Notes under the pieces: model-generated
The model's database searches: none
The model's input: the letters and a program-made list of their open reading frames with translations, nothing else
What the model was told of the DNA's origin: nothing
Assembly: GCA_963789395.1 (NCBI GenBank)
Contig: CAWBKP010000012.1
Coordinates: 96,001 to 160,000, forward strand
Length of the DNA stretch: 64,000 nt
From: an uncultured delta proteobacterium
GTDB taxonomy: Bacteria; Desulfobacterota; Desulfobacteria; Desulfobacterales; Desulfatirhabdiaceae
Direction of reading: 5' to 3'
Shown: positions 20,269 to 32,289 of the stretch, piece after piece
Layout of the letters: the number at the start of each line of letters is the position of its first letter
Numbering within the stretch: position 1 is the first letter of the stretch
Translations under genes and position numbers: made by a program

Positions 20269-21060
20269 ATGAACCTTGCTCAACTCAGTTCTCTGAAAAC
20301 CTGGTTTAAAAATTATGTAGCGGATTTTTATACCGGAAATGATGACGATGACCGGAATATCCGCTTGAAGGAGGAACACACTCACCGGGTATGCCGGAAT
20401 ATCACTGACCTGGTGAACAGCCTGGGACTGCCTTCGGAAGATGCCTGCCTGGCGGAGGCCATCGCACTGCTTCATGATATCGGCAGGTTCATGCAATACC
20501 GGAAATACCGTACATTTTTCGATCGAATCTCAGAAAATCATGCGCGGCTGGGAATCAGGGAACTGGCCCTGGGCCGCGCCCTGTCCTGTCTGGAATCGCA
20601 GGACCGTCGTATTCTGGCCCGGGCTGTTTCGTTTCACAATGCAGCCACGCTTCCGGACAATGAACCAGAACACGTGCTTTTATTCATGAAACTGATCCGG
20701 GATGCGGACAAGCTGGATATCTGGCGGGTGGTGACCGATTATTACCGGGAAAAAGATATCCGTCCCAATAAGGCCATTGAACTGGGCCTGCCGGATCCTC
20801 CGGAATGTTCCGAGGCGGTTATCCGCTCCATTTTGAATCATCGATTCGCATCGGTCAATGATATCAAGACACTGAATGATTTCAAATTGCTTCAGATCAG
20901 CTGGGTCTTTGATCTGAATTTCCGGAAATCCTTTCTTCTGTTGAAAGAACACCGGTATATTGACGCCATCCACGATACCCTTCCTGATCTTCCCGCGATA
21001 CGGCGTGCCGTGAATCATGCCATCCATTATCTGGATGCCGGATGTGCCGGTTTTTCTTAA
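20269..21060 (+). CDS. HD-domain metal-dependent phosphohydrolase
   Basis: HTHRV, LLHDIGRF, NHA, FHN, RDADKLD. Confidence 0.85.
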   Translation: MNLAQLSSLKTWFKNYVADFYTGNDDDDRNIRLKEEHTHRVCRNITDLVNSLGLPSEDACLAEAIALLHDIGRFMQYRKYRTFFDRISENHARLGIRELALGRALSCLESQDRRILARAVSFHNAATLPDNEPEHVLLFMKLIRDADKLDIWRVVTDYYREKDIRPNKAIELGLPDPPECSEAVIRSILNHRFASVNDIKTLNDFKLLQISWVFDLNFRKSFLLLKEHRYIDAIHDTLPDLPAIRRAVNHAIHYLDAGCAGFS

Positions 21061-21158
21061 TAGACATTGGATAATAACGGGAGCATACGGTCGGCATACT
21101 GATGTGTTTTTTCTCGTTAAAAATAAATCTGCCCCATTTCCCCGTTTACTGTTCCAAA

Positions 21159-22602
21159 TTATGCACCGAATGTGGTGATGACCCGGGAGATCAGGGACTG
21201 CAGGGGAGCGGGAAACAAGCCGGCCCACAGCACGCCGCATAGAATCAGGGCAAAAGCAATGCGTGCGGCAGTGCCAAAGCCGCTGGTGGTCAGGGCCAGG
21301 TCTGTTTTCGGCTTCATGAACATGACGACGATCACCTTCAGGTAGACATAAACGGACAGGATGGCCGATGCGATACCAATCGCTGCCAGCACCGAATATC
21401 CGGACTGAAGGGCAGCCTTGAACACCATGAATTTGCCGATAAACCCGGCTGTCGGGGGGAGGCCTGCCAGGGAAAGCAGGCTGATGGATCAGAAGCGCCG
21501 CCTGCCAGGGATGGGAATACCCAATACCACGGTAGCTGCTCAGCTCGTCCAGATCGCTCTCCGGAGAGGCGCAAAGCGTTGCAATGGCGCCGAAAGCGCC
21601 CAGATCCATCAGGACATAGGCGATGAAATAAAAGATGACGGCAAGGCCGCCGTCTTCTCTGATTGCCAGCGCTCCCATGGCCGCATAGCCCATCTGCGAC
21701 ACGGACGAGTAGGCCAGCAGGCGTTTTATCCGCGTCTGGACCAGGGCCGTGATGCTGCCGATCAGGAGGGTAGCGGCCGCAAGCGTCCACAGAACCGGTA
21801 TGGACCGGACCCAGAGCCAGTTGGAGGACAGCATCAGGATGCGAAGAAGGCCTGCAAAAACGGCAATCTTGGAACCGGTGGTCAAAAATGCGGTTATTGG
21901 TGTCGGCGCTCCCTGATAGACATCCGGGGTCCACAGATGGAAGGGAACCAGGGAAATCTTGAAGCCTGCCGCCGTCAGAATCAGGCCAAGGGACAGGAGC
22001 ATTCCCGTCGGAGACCCCACATTTTTCAGATTCGCCAGACCGATAGGCATGTCAAGTGTTCCGGTGGACGCATAAAACATGGCAATGCCAAAGGCCAGAA
22101 ACCCGCCGGAAACCATTCCCATGATCAGGTATTTCAGTGAGGCTTCATTCCCCGCCGGATCATCCCGTCGCATGGCGATGAGAATATAAAACGCCAGGGA
22201 AAGCAGCTCAAAACCCAGAAAAAACACCAGCCAGTGGGTTGCACCGGCCACCAGAGACATACCCAGAACCGCAAGGATCATCAGCCCGTAAAATTCATCT
22301 CCTGCCACCTGCCGCAATCCGGCATGCTGATGGCTGAACAGCAGCGATAAAAAAGCCACCAGCGCAAACACCACATTGAAAAAGCGCGCATAGGCGCCTA
22401 TATCCAGCATCTGGAGAAACGGCATCCGTCCGCCGTCGATCAGAACAGCGGCCACAGCCGCGGAAAGAACCGTGCCGATTGCCAGTGAAAAAAGCAGGGG
22501 CCTTGGCTTGTTTTTCACAAAAGCGCCTACAGTGAAAATGGCGATGCCGCCGCCTGCCAGCAGGAGCTGATAGAGAACGGATTTCCAGGATAATACGGTC
22601 AT
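21159..22602 (-). CDS. nuoN: NADH-quinone oxidoreductase subunit N; frameshift near 21480
   Basis: ELLSL, EASLKY, FKISLVPFHLWTPDVYQGAP, KRLLAYSS; C-terminus continues SLAG.PP.AGF.GKF into ORF 21159..21428. Confidence 0.9.
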
Positions 22603-22666
22603 GGTTGATGATCTCGTAAACGGTTATGAATTGTCTGTCCTGCAACCTGAAATACAAAAAATATAA

Positions 22667-22753
22667 CCTCCCCCTTTGAAAAAGGGGGATTGAGGGGGAT
22701 TTTTCTGCGGTTCGTCTGAAATCCCCCGTGGCCCCCCTTTCCAAAAGGGGGGA
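22667..22753. repeat. REP-like palindromic repeat (CCCCCTTTGAAAAAGGGGG family), doublet
   Basis: cctccccctttgaaaaagggggattgagggggatttt ... aaatcccccgtggccccccctttccaaaagggggg; related copies near 27071 and 59651. Confidence 0.8.
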
Positions 22754-22773
22754 TCAAATATTAAGGTGATAAG

Positions 22774-24303
22774 TTAAGACTCGGATGACAACATACTGAT
22801 ATTCATGGAGCCAAAATCAGTGGTACCGGCTGTTGTGTTCAGTCCGGCCAGGGCCGTCCCGAAGAGTTCCAAAGCCGGTGCCGGATGCAGGCCCAGCCAT
22901 AGCGCTCCCAGACCAAGCGGAATCAAAATGGCCAATTCCCGGCCGGTCAGATCCGCGACCCCGGGCCTGTGCCGTGCTTCTCCCCAGAGGCTTTTCCGGA
23001 GCATCCGCAAGCCATACACCACTGTCCAGAGAAGGCCGATGAATCCGACGGCTGCTGTTCCGGGCCGATCCGTGAAGGTTCCGACCAGAATCAGAATCTC
23101 ACCCACAAAATTGTTGAGGCCCGGAAGCCCGATCGATGCCAGCGTAAAAAACAGAAAAAACCCGCTCCATACCGGTATGGTTTTCCACAGTCCGCCAAGA
23201 TCTGAGAGTTTACGTGTATGCAGGCGCTCATCCAGCATGCCGATCAGGATAAAGAGCGCGGATGTGGTGATGCCGTGGTTGATCATCTGAAGCAGGGAGC
23301 CGCTCAGCGTCGTTATATTCCATACGGCAAGCCCGACAACGATCAGCCCCATATGGCTGATGCTTGAATAGGCCACCAGGCGTTTCAGGTCTTCCTGTGC
23401 CAGGGCGATCCAGCCGGCATAGAAAATAGCCGCCAGTCCCAGGACCATGAAAAGGGGCGCAAAAAAATGGGCCGCTATGGGAAAGAGCGGAAAGGCAAAC
23501 CGGAACAGGGCATAGACACCGGTCTTTAACAGCAGGCCGGCCAGAATCACGCTGCCGGCCGTGGGCGCTTCGGTGTGCGCATCCGGAAGCCAGGTGTGCA
23601 CCGGTATCAGCGGAATCTTGATGGCAAAGGCCAGGGCAAAGGCGCCAAAAAGCATCAGTTCCACGGGCAGGCTGAAAGAAGTGTGCATCAGTTGCAGCAG
23701 GGCAAACGTGGTTTCACCCGTCTGCCGGGCATGCAGAATGTGCAGGCTCAAGAGGGCCAGCAGCATCACAAGGCTTCCGGAAATGGTGAAGAGTGCAAAC
23801 TTGACCGTGGCGTAGATGCGACGGGAATGCCCCCAGATGCCGATCAGAAAAAACATCGGGATCGACTGGACCTCCCAGAACAGGTAAAAGAGAAACAAAT
23901 CCGTTGCCAGGAAGACTCCCAGGACCCCGGTCATCATGGCCAGCAGGAAAAAATGAAACGCGGCCACATGGTCCGTGATTTCTCTCCAGGATACCAGTAC
24001 TGCCAGCGCGCCGAGGGCGGTGGTCAGCAGGATCAGCATCAGGCTGATACCGTCCAGTGCCAGGGTAAAGCGGATTCCCAGCGAATCCATCCAGGAAAAA
24101 TCTTCAACCCGCAGCCAGTTTCCGGCAAATTCTGCCGGCCGGGGATCTAAAGCAAAAATCGACAGCACCAGAACAACGTCCGTCAGCATTACCGTCAGCG
24201 CCAGCAGACGGCACGCCCGTTCGTTTTGACGGCATGCCAGCGCTGCCAGCGCACCCAGCAACGGCAGAAAAACAATTGTGCCAAGCAGCGGAAATGCATT
24301 CAT
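22774..24303 (-). CDS. nuoM: NADH-quinone oxidoreductase subunit M
   Basis: LDGIS, FYLFWE, KIPLIPVHTWLPDAHTEAPTAGS, KRLVAYSSISHMG, GLPGLNNFVGE. Confidence 0.95.
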   Translation of the reverse strand: MNAFPLLGTIVFLPLLGALAALACRQNERACRLLALTVMLTDVVLVLSIFALDPRPAEFAGNWLRVEDFSWMDSLGIRFTLALDGISLMLILLTTALGALAVLVSWREITDHVAAFHFFLLAMMTGVLGVFLATDLFLFYLFWEVQSIPMFFLIGIWGHSRRIYATVKFALFTISGSLVMLLALLSLHILHARQTGETTFALLQLMHTSFSLPVELMLFGAFALAFAIKIPLIPVHTWLPDAHTEAPTAGSVILAGLLLKTGVYALFRFAFPLFPIAAHFFAPLFMVLGLAAIFYAGWIALAQEDLKRLVAYSSISHMGLIVVGLAVWNITTLSGSLLQMINHGITTSALFILIGMLDERLHTRKLSDLGGLWKTIPVWSGFFLFFTLASIGLPGLNNFVGEILILVGTFTDRPGTAAVGFIGLLWTVVYGLRMLRKSLWGEARHRPGVADLTGRELAILIPLGLGALWLGLHPAPALELFGTALAGLNTTAGTTDFGSMNISMLSSES

Positions 24304-26204
24304 AGATTAAGTGCCCACCACGCTGCGGTCAAGCCGCACAATATCAGGGTAAATCCGGCAACCAGCATGGAGACATACTGGGAGACCCTCCCTGTGGTCC
24401 AGAGTCGCAGCCTTTCCGCCAATGTCAGGAAGGAAAGGGCGCTTCTGTCAAGGCCCGCATCCACCCATCCGGCATCCACCTGCTGCCATAAAAATCCGGC
24501 AGCTGTTCGGAAGGGGGCAACGATCCGTCTCTGGTAGAGTCGATCCAGATAAAAGCCGTTCAGAAACAGGGCATACAGCTTGTTTTGAAATGTTTCTTCG
24601 CCGTATTCACGTGCCGGTATGCGTACGCCGTAATAGATCCAGGCGACAATCACCATGGTGATCGAGATAACCGCCGATCCTGCCTGCATGGCGGATTCCA
24701 TCTTCATGGATGCATGCAGCTGCGGTGCTGCCCCTGGAACCGATGCCAGGTAATGTGCCAGCCACGCGTTTCCGGTCAAGTTGACCGGAAGATTCAGAAA
24801 ACCCGCCAGCACGGAAAGCGCGGCCAGGGGCCACAGGACCCGTGACATCAGCTTGGGCACCGGAGCCGGAGCATGATCGCTATCGGCACGGGACTGCCCG
24901 AAAAACACGATAAAAAACAACCGGAACGCATAAAGCGGCGTGATGGCGGCAGCCATTGCCCCAAAGGCCCAATAAATTTTGTAAACCGCCAGGGGGTGAA
25001 GGAATACTGCCAGCAGGATCTGATCCTTGCTGAAAAAGCCCGCTGTCAGGGGAAAAGCGCCCAGGCTGGCCGTTCCTGCCAGAAACAGCCAGAACAGGTG
25101 CGGCATGTGTTGCCGCAGCCCGCCCATCCGGAATATGTCATGTTCTTCATGAAACGCGTGAATGACGCAGCCTGCGGCAAGGAAAAGAAGGGACTTGAAG
25201 AAGGCATGGGAAATCAGGTGGAACAGGCTTCCGGACAGATCCCCAGCGCCCACGGCCAGAAACATGTACCCCACCTGACTGATGGTGGAATATGCCAGAA
25301 TGCGTTTGATATCCTTTTGAACCAGGGCGGCAACGGCACCGAAGCAGACGGTGATAACGCCCACAAAGGCGATGAGGGCCATCAAGACCGGCGAACCCTG
25401 GATGACGGGGAAAAACCGCATCAGCAGATAGACACCGGCGGTGACCATTGTGGCGGCGTGAATAAGCGCCGAAACCGGCGTGGGTCCGGCCATGGCATCC
25501 GGCAGCCAGACAGCAAGCGGAAGCTGTGCGGATTTTCCGATCGCCGCAATGAGCAGCAAAAGTCCGATAATTCCGGCTGCCTGGGAACTGAGACCGGCGG
25601 CGCCATCGTGAATGCCGGAAACGGAAACATGACCCAGGCTGATCCAGCAGAAAGCGATGGCGATACCGAATGCCACATCCCCCAGACGGGTGACAATAAA
25701 GGCCTTGGCGCCTGCATTTGCAGCCTCGGGTTTTTCATACCAGAAACCGATCAGTGCGTAGGAGCAGAGGCCTACTGTTTCCCAACCCAGGTACAGAAAC
25801 ACCAGGTTACCGGCAACGACAATCACCAGCATGGCGAATACAAAAAGGTTTAAAAAACAGAAATAGCGGGTGTAGCCTTCATCGTGGCGCATGTAGGCTA
25901 TGGAATAAACGTGAACCAGGCAGGACACAAAGGTGACCATGAGCGCCATCACGGCCGCCAGGGGATCATAGTATAGATCCAGGTTTACCTGAAAGGAACC
26001 GGCGGCAAACCACTGTGCCAGGGTTAGGCTGTGGGCCGTATGCCCGCACATGAGAAAAGCGGTCAGAGCCAGGACAAAAGATGCCGAGACAGTGGTACAG
26101 GCAATGATTTCAACCGCACGCCGGGACAGGTGTCTTCCGATCAGCGCCAGAATCAATGCCCCCAGCAGGGGAAATGATATCAGTAGAAAGAGTACCGGTT
26201 TCAC
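24300..26204 (-). CDS. nuoL: NADH-quinone oxidoreductase subunit L
   Basis: GWETVGLCSY, GKSAQLPL, WLPDAMAGPTPVSALIHAATMV, HAFFKSLLFL. Confidence 0.95.
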   Translation of the reverse strand: MKPVLFLLISFPLLGALILALIGRHLSRRAVEIIACTTVSASFVLALTAFLMCGHTAHSLTLAQWFAAGSFQVNLDLYYDPLAAVMALMVTFVSCLVHVYSIAYMRHDEGYTRYFCFLNLFVFAMLVIVVAGNLVFLYLGWETVGLCSYALIGFWYEKPEAANAGAKAFIVTRLGDVAFGIAIAFCWISLGHVSVSGIHDGAAGLSSQAAGIIGLLLLIAAIGKSAQLPLAVWLPDAMAGPTPVSALIHAATMVTAGVYLLMRFFPVIQGSPVLMALIAFVGVITVCFGAVAALVQKDIKRILAYSTISQVGYMFLAVGAGDLSGSLFHLISHAFFKSLLFLAAGCVIHAFHEEHDIFRMGGLRQHMPHLFWLFLAGTASLGAFPLTAGFFSKDQILLAVFLHPLAVYKIYWAFGAMAAAITPLYAFRLFFIVFFGQSRADSDHAPAPVPKLMSRVLWPLAALSVLAGFLNLPVNLTGNAWLAHYLASVPGAAPQLHASMKMESAMQAGSAVISITMVIVAWIYYGVRIPAREYGEETFQNKLYALFLNGFYLDRLYQRRIVAPFRTAAGFLWQQVDAGWVDAGLDRSALSFLTLAERLRLWTTGRVSQYVSMLVAGFTLILCGLTAAWWALNL

Positions 26205-26205
26205 G

Positions 26206-26511
26206 TCATCCCTTCAGCAAACTAAAACGATCGGCGTTGGTGGATCCGGTCCGGCGCTGGATACATACGATGAGCGCAAGGGCCACGGCGATTTCAGCAG
26301 CGGCGGCCGTCATGACAAACAGGGCCATGACTTGTCCGTTCATATCCAGCCAGCGCATGGCGGCGGCGACAAATGCGATTCCGGCAGCGTTCAGCATGAC
26401 TTCCACGCCGATCAGGATCATGAAAAGACTTTTCCGTGTCATGGTGCAGGCCGCACCCATCACAAACAGCAGTATCGCCAGAAACAGCATGTGTGTAAAG
26501 GGTATGGTCAT
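26206..26511 (-). CDS. nuoK: NADH-quinone oxidoreductase subunit K
   Basis: GVEVMLNAA, GQVMALF, AAAEIAVALA. Confidence 0.95.
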   Translation of the reverse strand: MTIPFTHMLFLAILLFVMGAACTMTRKSLFMILIGVEVMLNAAGIAFVAAAMRWLDMNGQVMALFVMTAAAAEIAVALALIVCIQRRTGSTNADRFSLLKG

Positions 26512-27032
26512 GGGGAGCCCTCCTCCGGAGGGTCGGCGCGACGTCCCAGGTAGAGTGCACCGATCAGGGCAGCAAGAAGCAGCAGGGATGCGATTTCGAC
26601 CGGAAACCAGAACTCCTGAAACAGCAGTTTGCCGAATTCACGCGGCGTGCCCATTACGGCCGGCGGGCTCAGCCGGTTCCCGGCATCGGCGAAAACGAGC
26701 AGCCCGGCCGTAAGTCCGCTGATCCCGGCCAGAACCATGGCCGGAAGCCATTTTTTGACGCGTGACCGTTCGTCAATGGGAGACCGCAGGTCTTTGACCA
26801 TCATGACCACAAAGAGAAACAGCACCATGATACCGCCTGCGTAAATGATGACTTCAAGCGCCGCCAGGAGCGGTGCGCCCAGGACATAAAAGAGCACGGC
26901 GGTTCCCATAAAGGAAATCACCAGATAACATACGGCATGGACAGCGCTTTGCCGGGTGATGGCCAGTCCGGTAGCGCTGACGACAACCGCCGCTGCAATA
27001 TAAAAAATAATGTTAAATACGGTCATCGACAC
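26508..27032 (-). CDS. nuoJ: NADH-quinone oxidoreductase subunit J
   Basis: VHAVCYL, EVIIYAGGIMVLFLFVVM, PVEIASLLLL. Confidence 0.95.
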   Translation of the reverse strand: MSMTVFNIIFYIAAAVVVSATGLAITRQSAVHAVCYLVISFMGTAVLFYVLGAPLLAALEVIIYAGGIMVLFLFVVMMVKDLRSPIDERSRVKKWLPAMVLAGISGLTAGLLVFADAGNRLSPPAVMGTPREFGKLLFQEFWFPVEIASLLLLAALIGALYLGRRADPPEEGSP

Positions 27033-27070
27033 CCTCGATTATGCTTACGGCTTTAGTCTCCTGAAGATTG

Positions 27071-27105
27071 AAATCCCCCTGACCCCCCTTTACCAAAGGG
27101 GGGAA
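27071..27105. repeat. REP-like palindrome, single copy of the same family
   Basis: aaatccccctgacccccctttaccaaagggggg between nuoI and nuoJ. Confidence 0.7.
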
Positions 27106-27126
27106 TTATTTTCACGGCAGTAACCA

Positions 27127-27684
27127 TTACGGCATCAGACTCCTGATATCCACAGGCTGTTCCTCCCCGATATGACTTCCCTTTTCGCCGGACATCGCAA
27201 CACCGGCATGGCGGTAAAAATTGTAGTCGCTGTTTTTGCCGCCGTGGTCAACCAGCAGGTCTTCTTTTTCATAAAGCAGTTTCAGGATATCCCGCTGACA
27301 GGTTTCAAAATGCGGCGTGAGCTGAATGGCCAGGGTGGGGCAGGCTTCTTCGCAGAATCCGCAATAAATGCAGCGGGCAAAATTAATGCGGAACCATGCG
27401 GCGTATCGCCTGCCGTCGGCGCGCTCTGCGGACTGCATGGAGATGCAGTTTACCGGGCAGACCCCCGAGCACAGATAACAGGCCACGCACCGCTCATCCC
27501 CGTCCGGATCACGCGTCAGGATGATGGTTGCGCGCGTGCGCTCCGGAAGCCGGCGCTTGAACTCCGGATACGGCTCGGTGATGGGCTTTCGGAACAGATG
27601 CCGCAGCGTCATGGCAAATCCGGAGAAAAGCCCGTGGGCCCCTTCACATATGGATTGGAATAAGGGCTGTTTTTGATTTTCCAT
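27127..27684 (-). CDS. nuoI: NADH-quinone oxidoreductase subunit I
   Basis: RCVACYLCSGVCP, RCIYCGFCEEACP. Confidence 0.95.
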   Translation of the reverse strand: MENQKQPLFQSICEGAHGLFSGFAMTLRHLFRKPITEPYPEFKRRLPERTRATIILTRDPDGDERCVACYLCSGVCPVNCISMQSAERADGRRYAAWFRINFARCIYCGFCEEACPTLAIQLTPHFETCQRDILKLLYEKEDLLVDHGGKNSDYNFYRHAGVAMSGEKGSHIGEEQPVDIRSLMP

Positions 27685-27686
27685 GG

Positions 27687-28685
27687 TTATTTCCCGAGCA
27701 ACAACAGGGCTGCGCCGGTGACAACGATATTGATCAGAGCCAGGGGCGTCAGAAACTTCCAGCCCATGTCCATCAAGTGATCGGAGCGAAAACGCGGCAG
27801 GGTTCCCCGGACCCAGATCATGCCGAAAGCGATTGCGCCGATTTTACCCAGCAGCCAGACGATTCCGGGGAAAAACGGACCGTGCCATCCGCCCAGGAAA
27901 AACACGGCTGTCAATGCTCCCAATGTTACCAGCGTGACATATTCGCCAAGAAAAAACAACCCGAACCTCAGCCCGCTGTATTCCATGTGGTACCCGGCAA
28001 TCAGTTCGTTTTCAGCCTCCGGCAGATCAAAAGGGATGCGTTTGATTTCCGCCATGGCGCTCACAAAAAAAATGGCAAATGAAACCGGTTGGACAAAAAT
28101 GAACGGGCTGCTTTTCTGCGCAGCCACAATATCCACCAGGCTGAAAGAGCCGGCCAGCATGACCACCGGAACCAGGGACAGCCCCAGCGGCAATTCATAG
28201 CTGATCATCTGGGCAACGCCACGGATGGCGCCCAGAAGGCTGTATTTGGAATGGGAGGCCCAGCCGCCAAGAGCCACCCCGTAAACGCCCAGGGATGAAA
28301 GTCCGAGAACCGCCAGTAGCCCGACGTTCAGATCCGTAATTACCAGCGGGATCCGGTTTCCCCACAGGGTAAGACTGTCTCCAAAGGGCACCACCGCAAA
28401 GATAAGCATGGCGGTCGATGCCGCGATCGCCGGCGCATAGCGGAAAATCATGCGATCCGCCCCCCGGGGAATGAGATCTTCCTTGGTCATCATCTTGATC
28501 AGATCCGCTATCGGCTGCAGCAGACCGAAGGGACCGGCCCGGTTGGGACCGATGCGGATCTGCATCCTGGCCAGAAGTTTTCTTTCGGCCAGCACCAGAT
28601 AGGCGGCTCCGAGCAGCAGGGCCAGCAGCGCTGCCCCGAGTTTAATGATCAGCAGCGTCGCCCCCAATATCCACTGGGCTATCAT
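27687..28685 (-). CDS. nuoH: NADH-quinone oxidoreductase subunit H
   Basis: [38 protein letters not shown]. Confidence 0.95.
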   Translation of the reverse strand: MIAQWILGATLLIIKLGAALLALLLGAAYLVLAERKLLARMQIRIGPNRAGPFGLLQPIADLIKMMTKEDLIPRGADRMIFRYAPAIAASTAMLIFAVVPFGDSLTLWGNRIPLVITDLNVGLLAVLGLSSLGVYGVALGGWASHSKYSLLGAIRGVAQMISYELPLGLSLVPVVMLAGSFSLVDIVAAQKSSPFIFVQPVSFAIFFVSAMAEIKRIPFDLPEAENELIAGYHMEYSGLRFGLFFLGEYVTLVTLGALTAVFFLGGWHGPFFPGIVWLLGKIGAIAFGMIWVRGTLPRFRSDHLMDMGWKFLTPLALINIVVTGAALLLLGK

Positions 28686-31017
28686 GTATCAATCCCTTCG
28701 CGGGGAGCATCTCTGCGTTCATCATGAATGCTTCGCAAGGATTCCACGCGTTCAAGAATCACGGAATACGCGGAAAGTTCATCTCTTTCAAAAGAAACAG
28801 AGGGTAACCGTTCGCCTGAACTGTCGCAGGTTGTATCCGGGAGGCGGCCCGCAATTTCTTTGCCTGATTCCATAGCCGTGTTTTTTTGAATAATGTGCAT
28901 GCTGCCCGGTATCTCCAAGCCGTTTTCGACGGGAACATTCAGTTCCGGTCCAATCCGGGACCACAGGTCATGATACGAGGAAACAGCAGGTTGAGATGAT
29001 AAAATGGCGCCTTCCAGTTCTGATAATATTCGCCAGGCCGCCTTGGCGCCTGCGCCGGGAATGTCATTTCGAAATTCCCGCGGCGGATGGCTTCCGTCGG
29101 TCAACTGGGACAACGGCAAACCGCCGGCGTGAACCGGAATGGCCCGTTGCAGACGGCCTTCCTGATTGATGAAGCTTGACCGGGTTTCAAAATGCGTCAA
29201 TGTGGGAAAGATGATGCACATCGGGGCGGATGCGTCCATTGCTGCGAATGCCTGTTCGATAAATAGGATGGTGCGATTGGCCAGATAATCCAGCACCAGC
29301 AGGCATTCAAGTTTTCCCAGCGCGTTTTTCACCCGTTCCGGATCCGGGGATTGAAATAATGGATCGGTTTCCACCAGAATCAGGGCCTTGATAGTTCCGT
29401 TTTCAATGGCGTCAAGAATTCCGGAAAAAGGCGGGCCACCGTCAACGGCAAGGGCCGCGCCATAGGAATTTGCGCCGGGCAGGACATAAAACAGGCCGGT
29501 GCGTCTTTTACCGGATTGAAGCTTAAGGGCCAGATCGGCAGCCAGATTGATGACGGATAGACCGACAGTGTCCGTGCCGCAGACAACCACCGGTCTTTGG
29601 CTGTTATGAAGCATTGCCGACAGGGCCTGCATGCATTTCCGCAGCGTCTGCATCAGATTCTTTAGAAACATCTTTTGTCCGAAATCCCGGCGGCGGTTTC
29701 CGGCAAAACAGATCGCATCAGTTTCCGAAGCGCCGAATTCAGATCCCGGGCAGGCAGGGGCCAGTGCGTGAATTCAAAGGGCAGGGAAATCGGGCGGGAA
29801 TCCAGAACCACGACCGTTGCCCCGGCCCGCTGTGCCTGGCGCATGGCAAGGGCCAGCATGGGCGCCTCTTGGACTGGATCAACACCTAAAACCAAAAATG
29901 CGTCCGCAGTTTCTATTTCGCGAAGGGAAATGGCCAGGTTCGGCTCAAGCCTGCCGACGGCAGCAGATACATTGGCCTGCTGCACATCATCCATAAAATA
30001 GGCGGGGCGCCGCCAGCCCAGAGCACGAGCCATAAATTTTAGACCCATCTGGGTTTCAACGCCGGATCGCGATGAGGCCGCGCAGGCAATGGCATCGGAG
30101 CCGGCAGATTGGGAGATTGCCGAAAGCTGCCGGGCTGCGGTCCGAAGCGCATCTTCATAACCGGCGGTATTGCCCTGAATGCGGGCCTGCCGCGGCCGGT
30201 CCGGATGATTGGCGAAGACAAAACCGAAACGGCCGCGATCACAGATAAAATGGCCGTTGATATCTTCATTGTAGTTAGCTTCAACCCGTATCAGCTCCCG
30301 GTATCGGGCGCTGACCATGGTGTGGCATCCCAGAGAGCAGTGAATGCAAAGCGAAGGCGCCCGCTGAAAATCCCAGCGCCGTCCTTTGAATCGCGCGGGT
30401 TTGTCCGTCAGCACGCCGGTGGGGCAGATGTCGATGAGGTTGCCCGAAAACGGGTTCTCCAGCGGGCCGTTAGCGTATCTGCCGAAATACGTGCTGCCGG
30501 CGATCCCCATGACACCGAAGTCGCGGTACCCGCAGAAATCCTGATAAAAGCGTTTGCAGCGATAGCACTGAATGCAGCGGTTCATTTCGTGCTGGACAAG
30601 CTCGCCCAGGTACTGATCCCGATGGGTGCGTTTTTTGCCCAAATAGCGGCGCACGGCATGACCGCCGGATATGGTTTCGTCCTGCAGCAGGCAGTGGCCG
30701 CCTTCATCGCAGACCGGGCAGTCGTGCGGGTGGTTCAGCATCAGGAGTTCGATGATAAACCGCCTGAAATCCACTGCCTCATCGTCAGTGCTGGAAACCA
30801 CCATACCGTCCCTGGCCTCGACCATGCAGCTCATCTGAAGTCCCTGAACCGGACCCTCCAGAAATTTCACGGCGCACATCCGGCAGGCACCGACCGATCC
30901 GAGCGCCGGATGATAACAAAAGCGCGGAATCATGATGCCTGCCTGCTCGGCTGCGGCAATCACCTTGACGCCCTGTGCAACCTCGATTTTTCGACCGTCG
31001 ATGATCAGTTTCGGCAT
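28682..31017 (-). CDS. nuoG: NADH-quinone oxidoreductase subunit G; frameshift near 29665
   Basis: IPRFCYHP..GACRMC, HPHDCPVCDEGGHC, RCIQCYRC, DICPTG, CIHCSLGC..ICDRGR; C-terminal part in ORF 28682..29671. Confidence 0.9.
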
Positions 31018-31027
31018 TTCCGTTCTT

Positions 31028-32289
31028 TCATTGGAAGGGACACCGGTGCTGGCTGATGTGTTCCCGCACTTCGTCTTCAAAATAGGTCAGCAGGCTTTCC
31101 ACCGGGGAGGCCGCCCCCGGAGCCAGCGCGCAGTAGGAATACACACATATTTGCTCAATCGGTGCAGCATGGGGAATGAATTCCTCCCTGCCGTCGCCTG
31201 CTTCGATGCGGGAAAGGATATCCCGGATATACGGCAGGCCTTCCCGGCACGGGGTGCACCAGCCGCAGGATTCACGGGCAAAAAATTCTATCATGTTCAG
31301 TGTTGCGCCCACCAGGCAGGTATTGTGATCGAACACAATGATCGATCCGGTTCCCAGGCGGTGGCCGGCCTGTTTCATGACATCAAAATCCATTTCGATG
31401 TCATAGAATGATTTCGGCAGAAAGCGGGTGGAGGCGCCTCCCGGAAGGCAGGCCTTGTACTCGGAGCCTTCGGGCAGTCCGCCGGCGTGATTTTCGATGA
31501 TTTCACTCAGACGGGTTCCCATGGGCAGCTCAAAGCATCCGGGCCGGATCACATGACCGCTCACGCAGTAGAGCTTGGTGCCGGCTCCGGTCGGGGTTGC
31601 GGCAAGACTTCTGAACCATTCCGGACCGTTTCGCAGAATGTGCGGCACGCAGGCCAGTGTTTCCACGTTGTGGGTTACCGTGGGAAGACCCCAGATGCCT
31701 TTTTGCGTGGCATAGGGCGGCGGCTGAATGGGATTGGCCCGCTTTCCCTCGATGGCATTCATCTGGGCAGAACTTTCGCCGCAGATGTAGCGGCCTGCGC
31801 TGCGATGAACCGTGATTTCCATCGAAAAGTCGCTGCCCAGAATGTTTTTTCCCAAAAATCCCGCTTCTTTTGCGCGGGCGATTTCCCGCTCCAGTATCCG
31901 GGCTGCGCGTCATAGGAGGAGCGGATGAAGACAATCCCTTTTTCAGCCAGGACCGAATACCCGACAATGATCATTCCTTCGATGATCTGGTGGGGGTCCG
32001 TGTGAATGAGAACGCGATCCTTGAAGGTTCCGGGCTCCATTTCATCGGCGTTGCAGACCATGTAGCGGGGAAATGGCGCGGTTTCAGCCACGGTCATCCA
32101 CTTTTTCCCGGCTGGAAAACCCGCCCCCCCGCGTCCCAGGAGTACGGCATCCAGGGCCAGATGCTGTACTTCGGATCTGTGATTCCCGAGCACCATGGCA
32201 AGGGCCTCATACCCGCCGCTTGCGCGGTATTCCTCCAGCGTGGCAATGCGGTCGGGCCGGCGATTTTTAAACAGAACCTGTGTCGTCAT
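31028..32289 (-). CDS. nuoF: NADH-quinone oxidoreductase subunit F; frameshift near 31900
   Basis: GRGGAGFP, NADEMEPGTFKDR, GRYICGE, HNVETL, ESCGWCTPCREG, CALAPGA. Confidence 0.9.

Noticed and set aside
20680..21480. C-terminal extension of the 640-aa NuoN ORF over the HD gene
   Set aside because: It results from a frameshift; the real NuoN tail is in ORF 21159..21428
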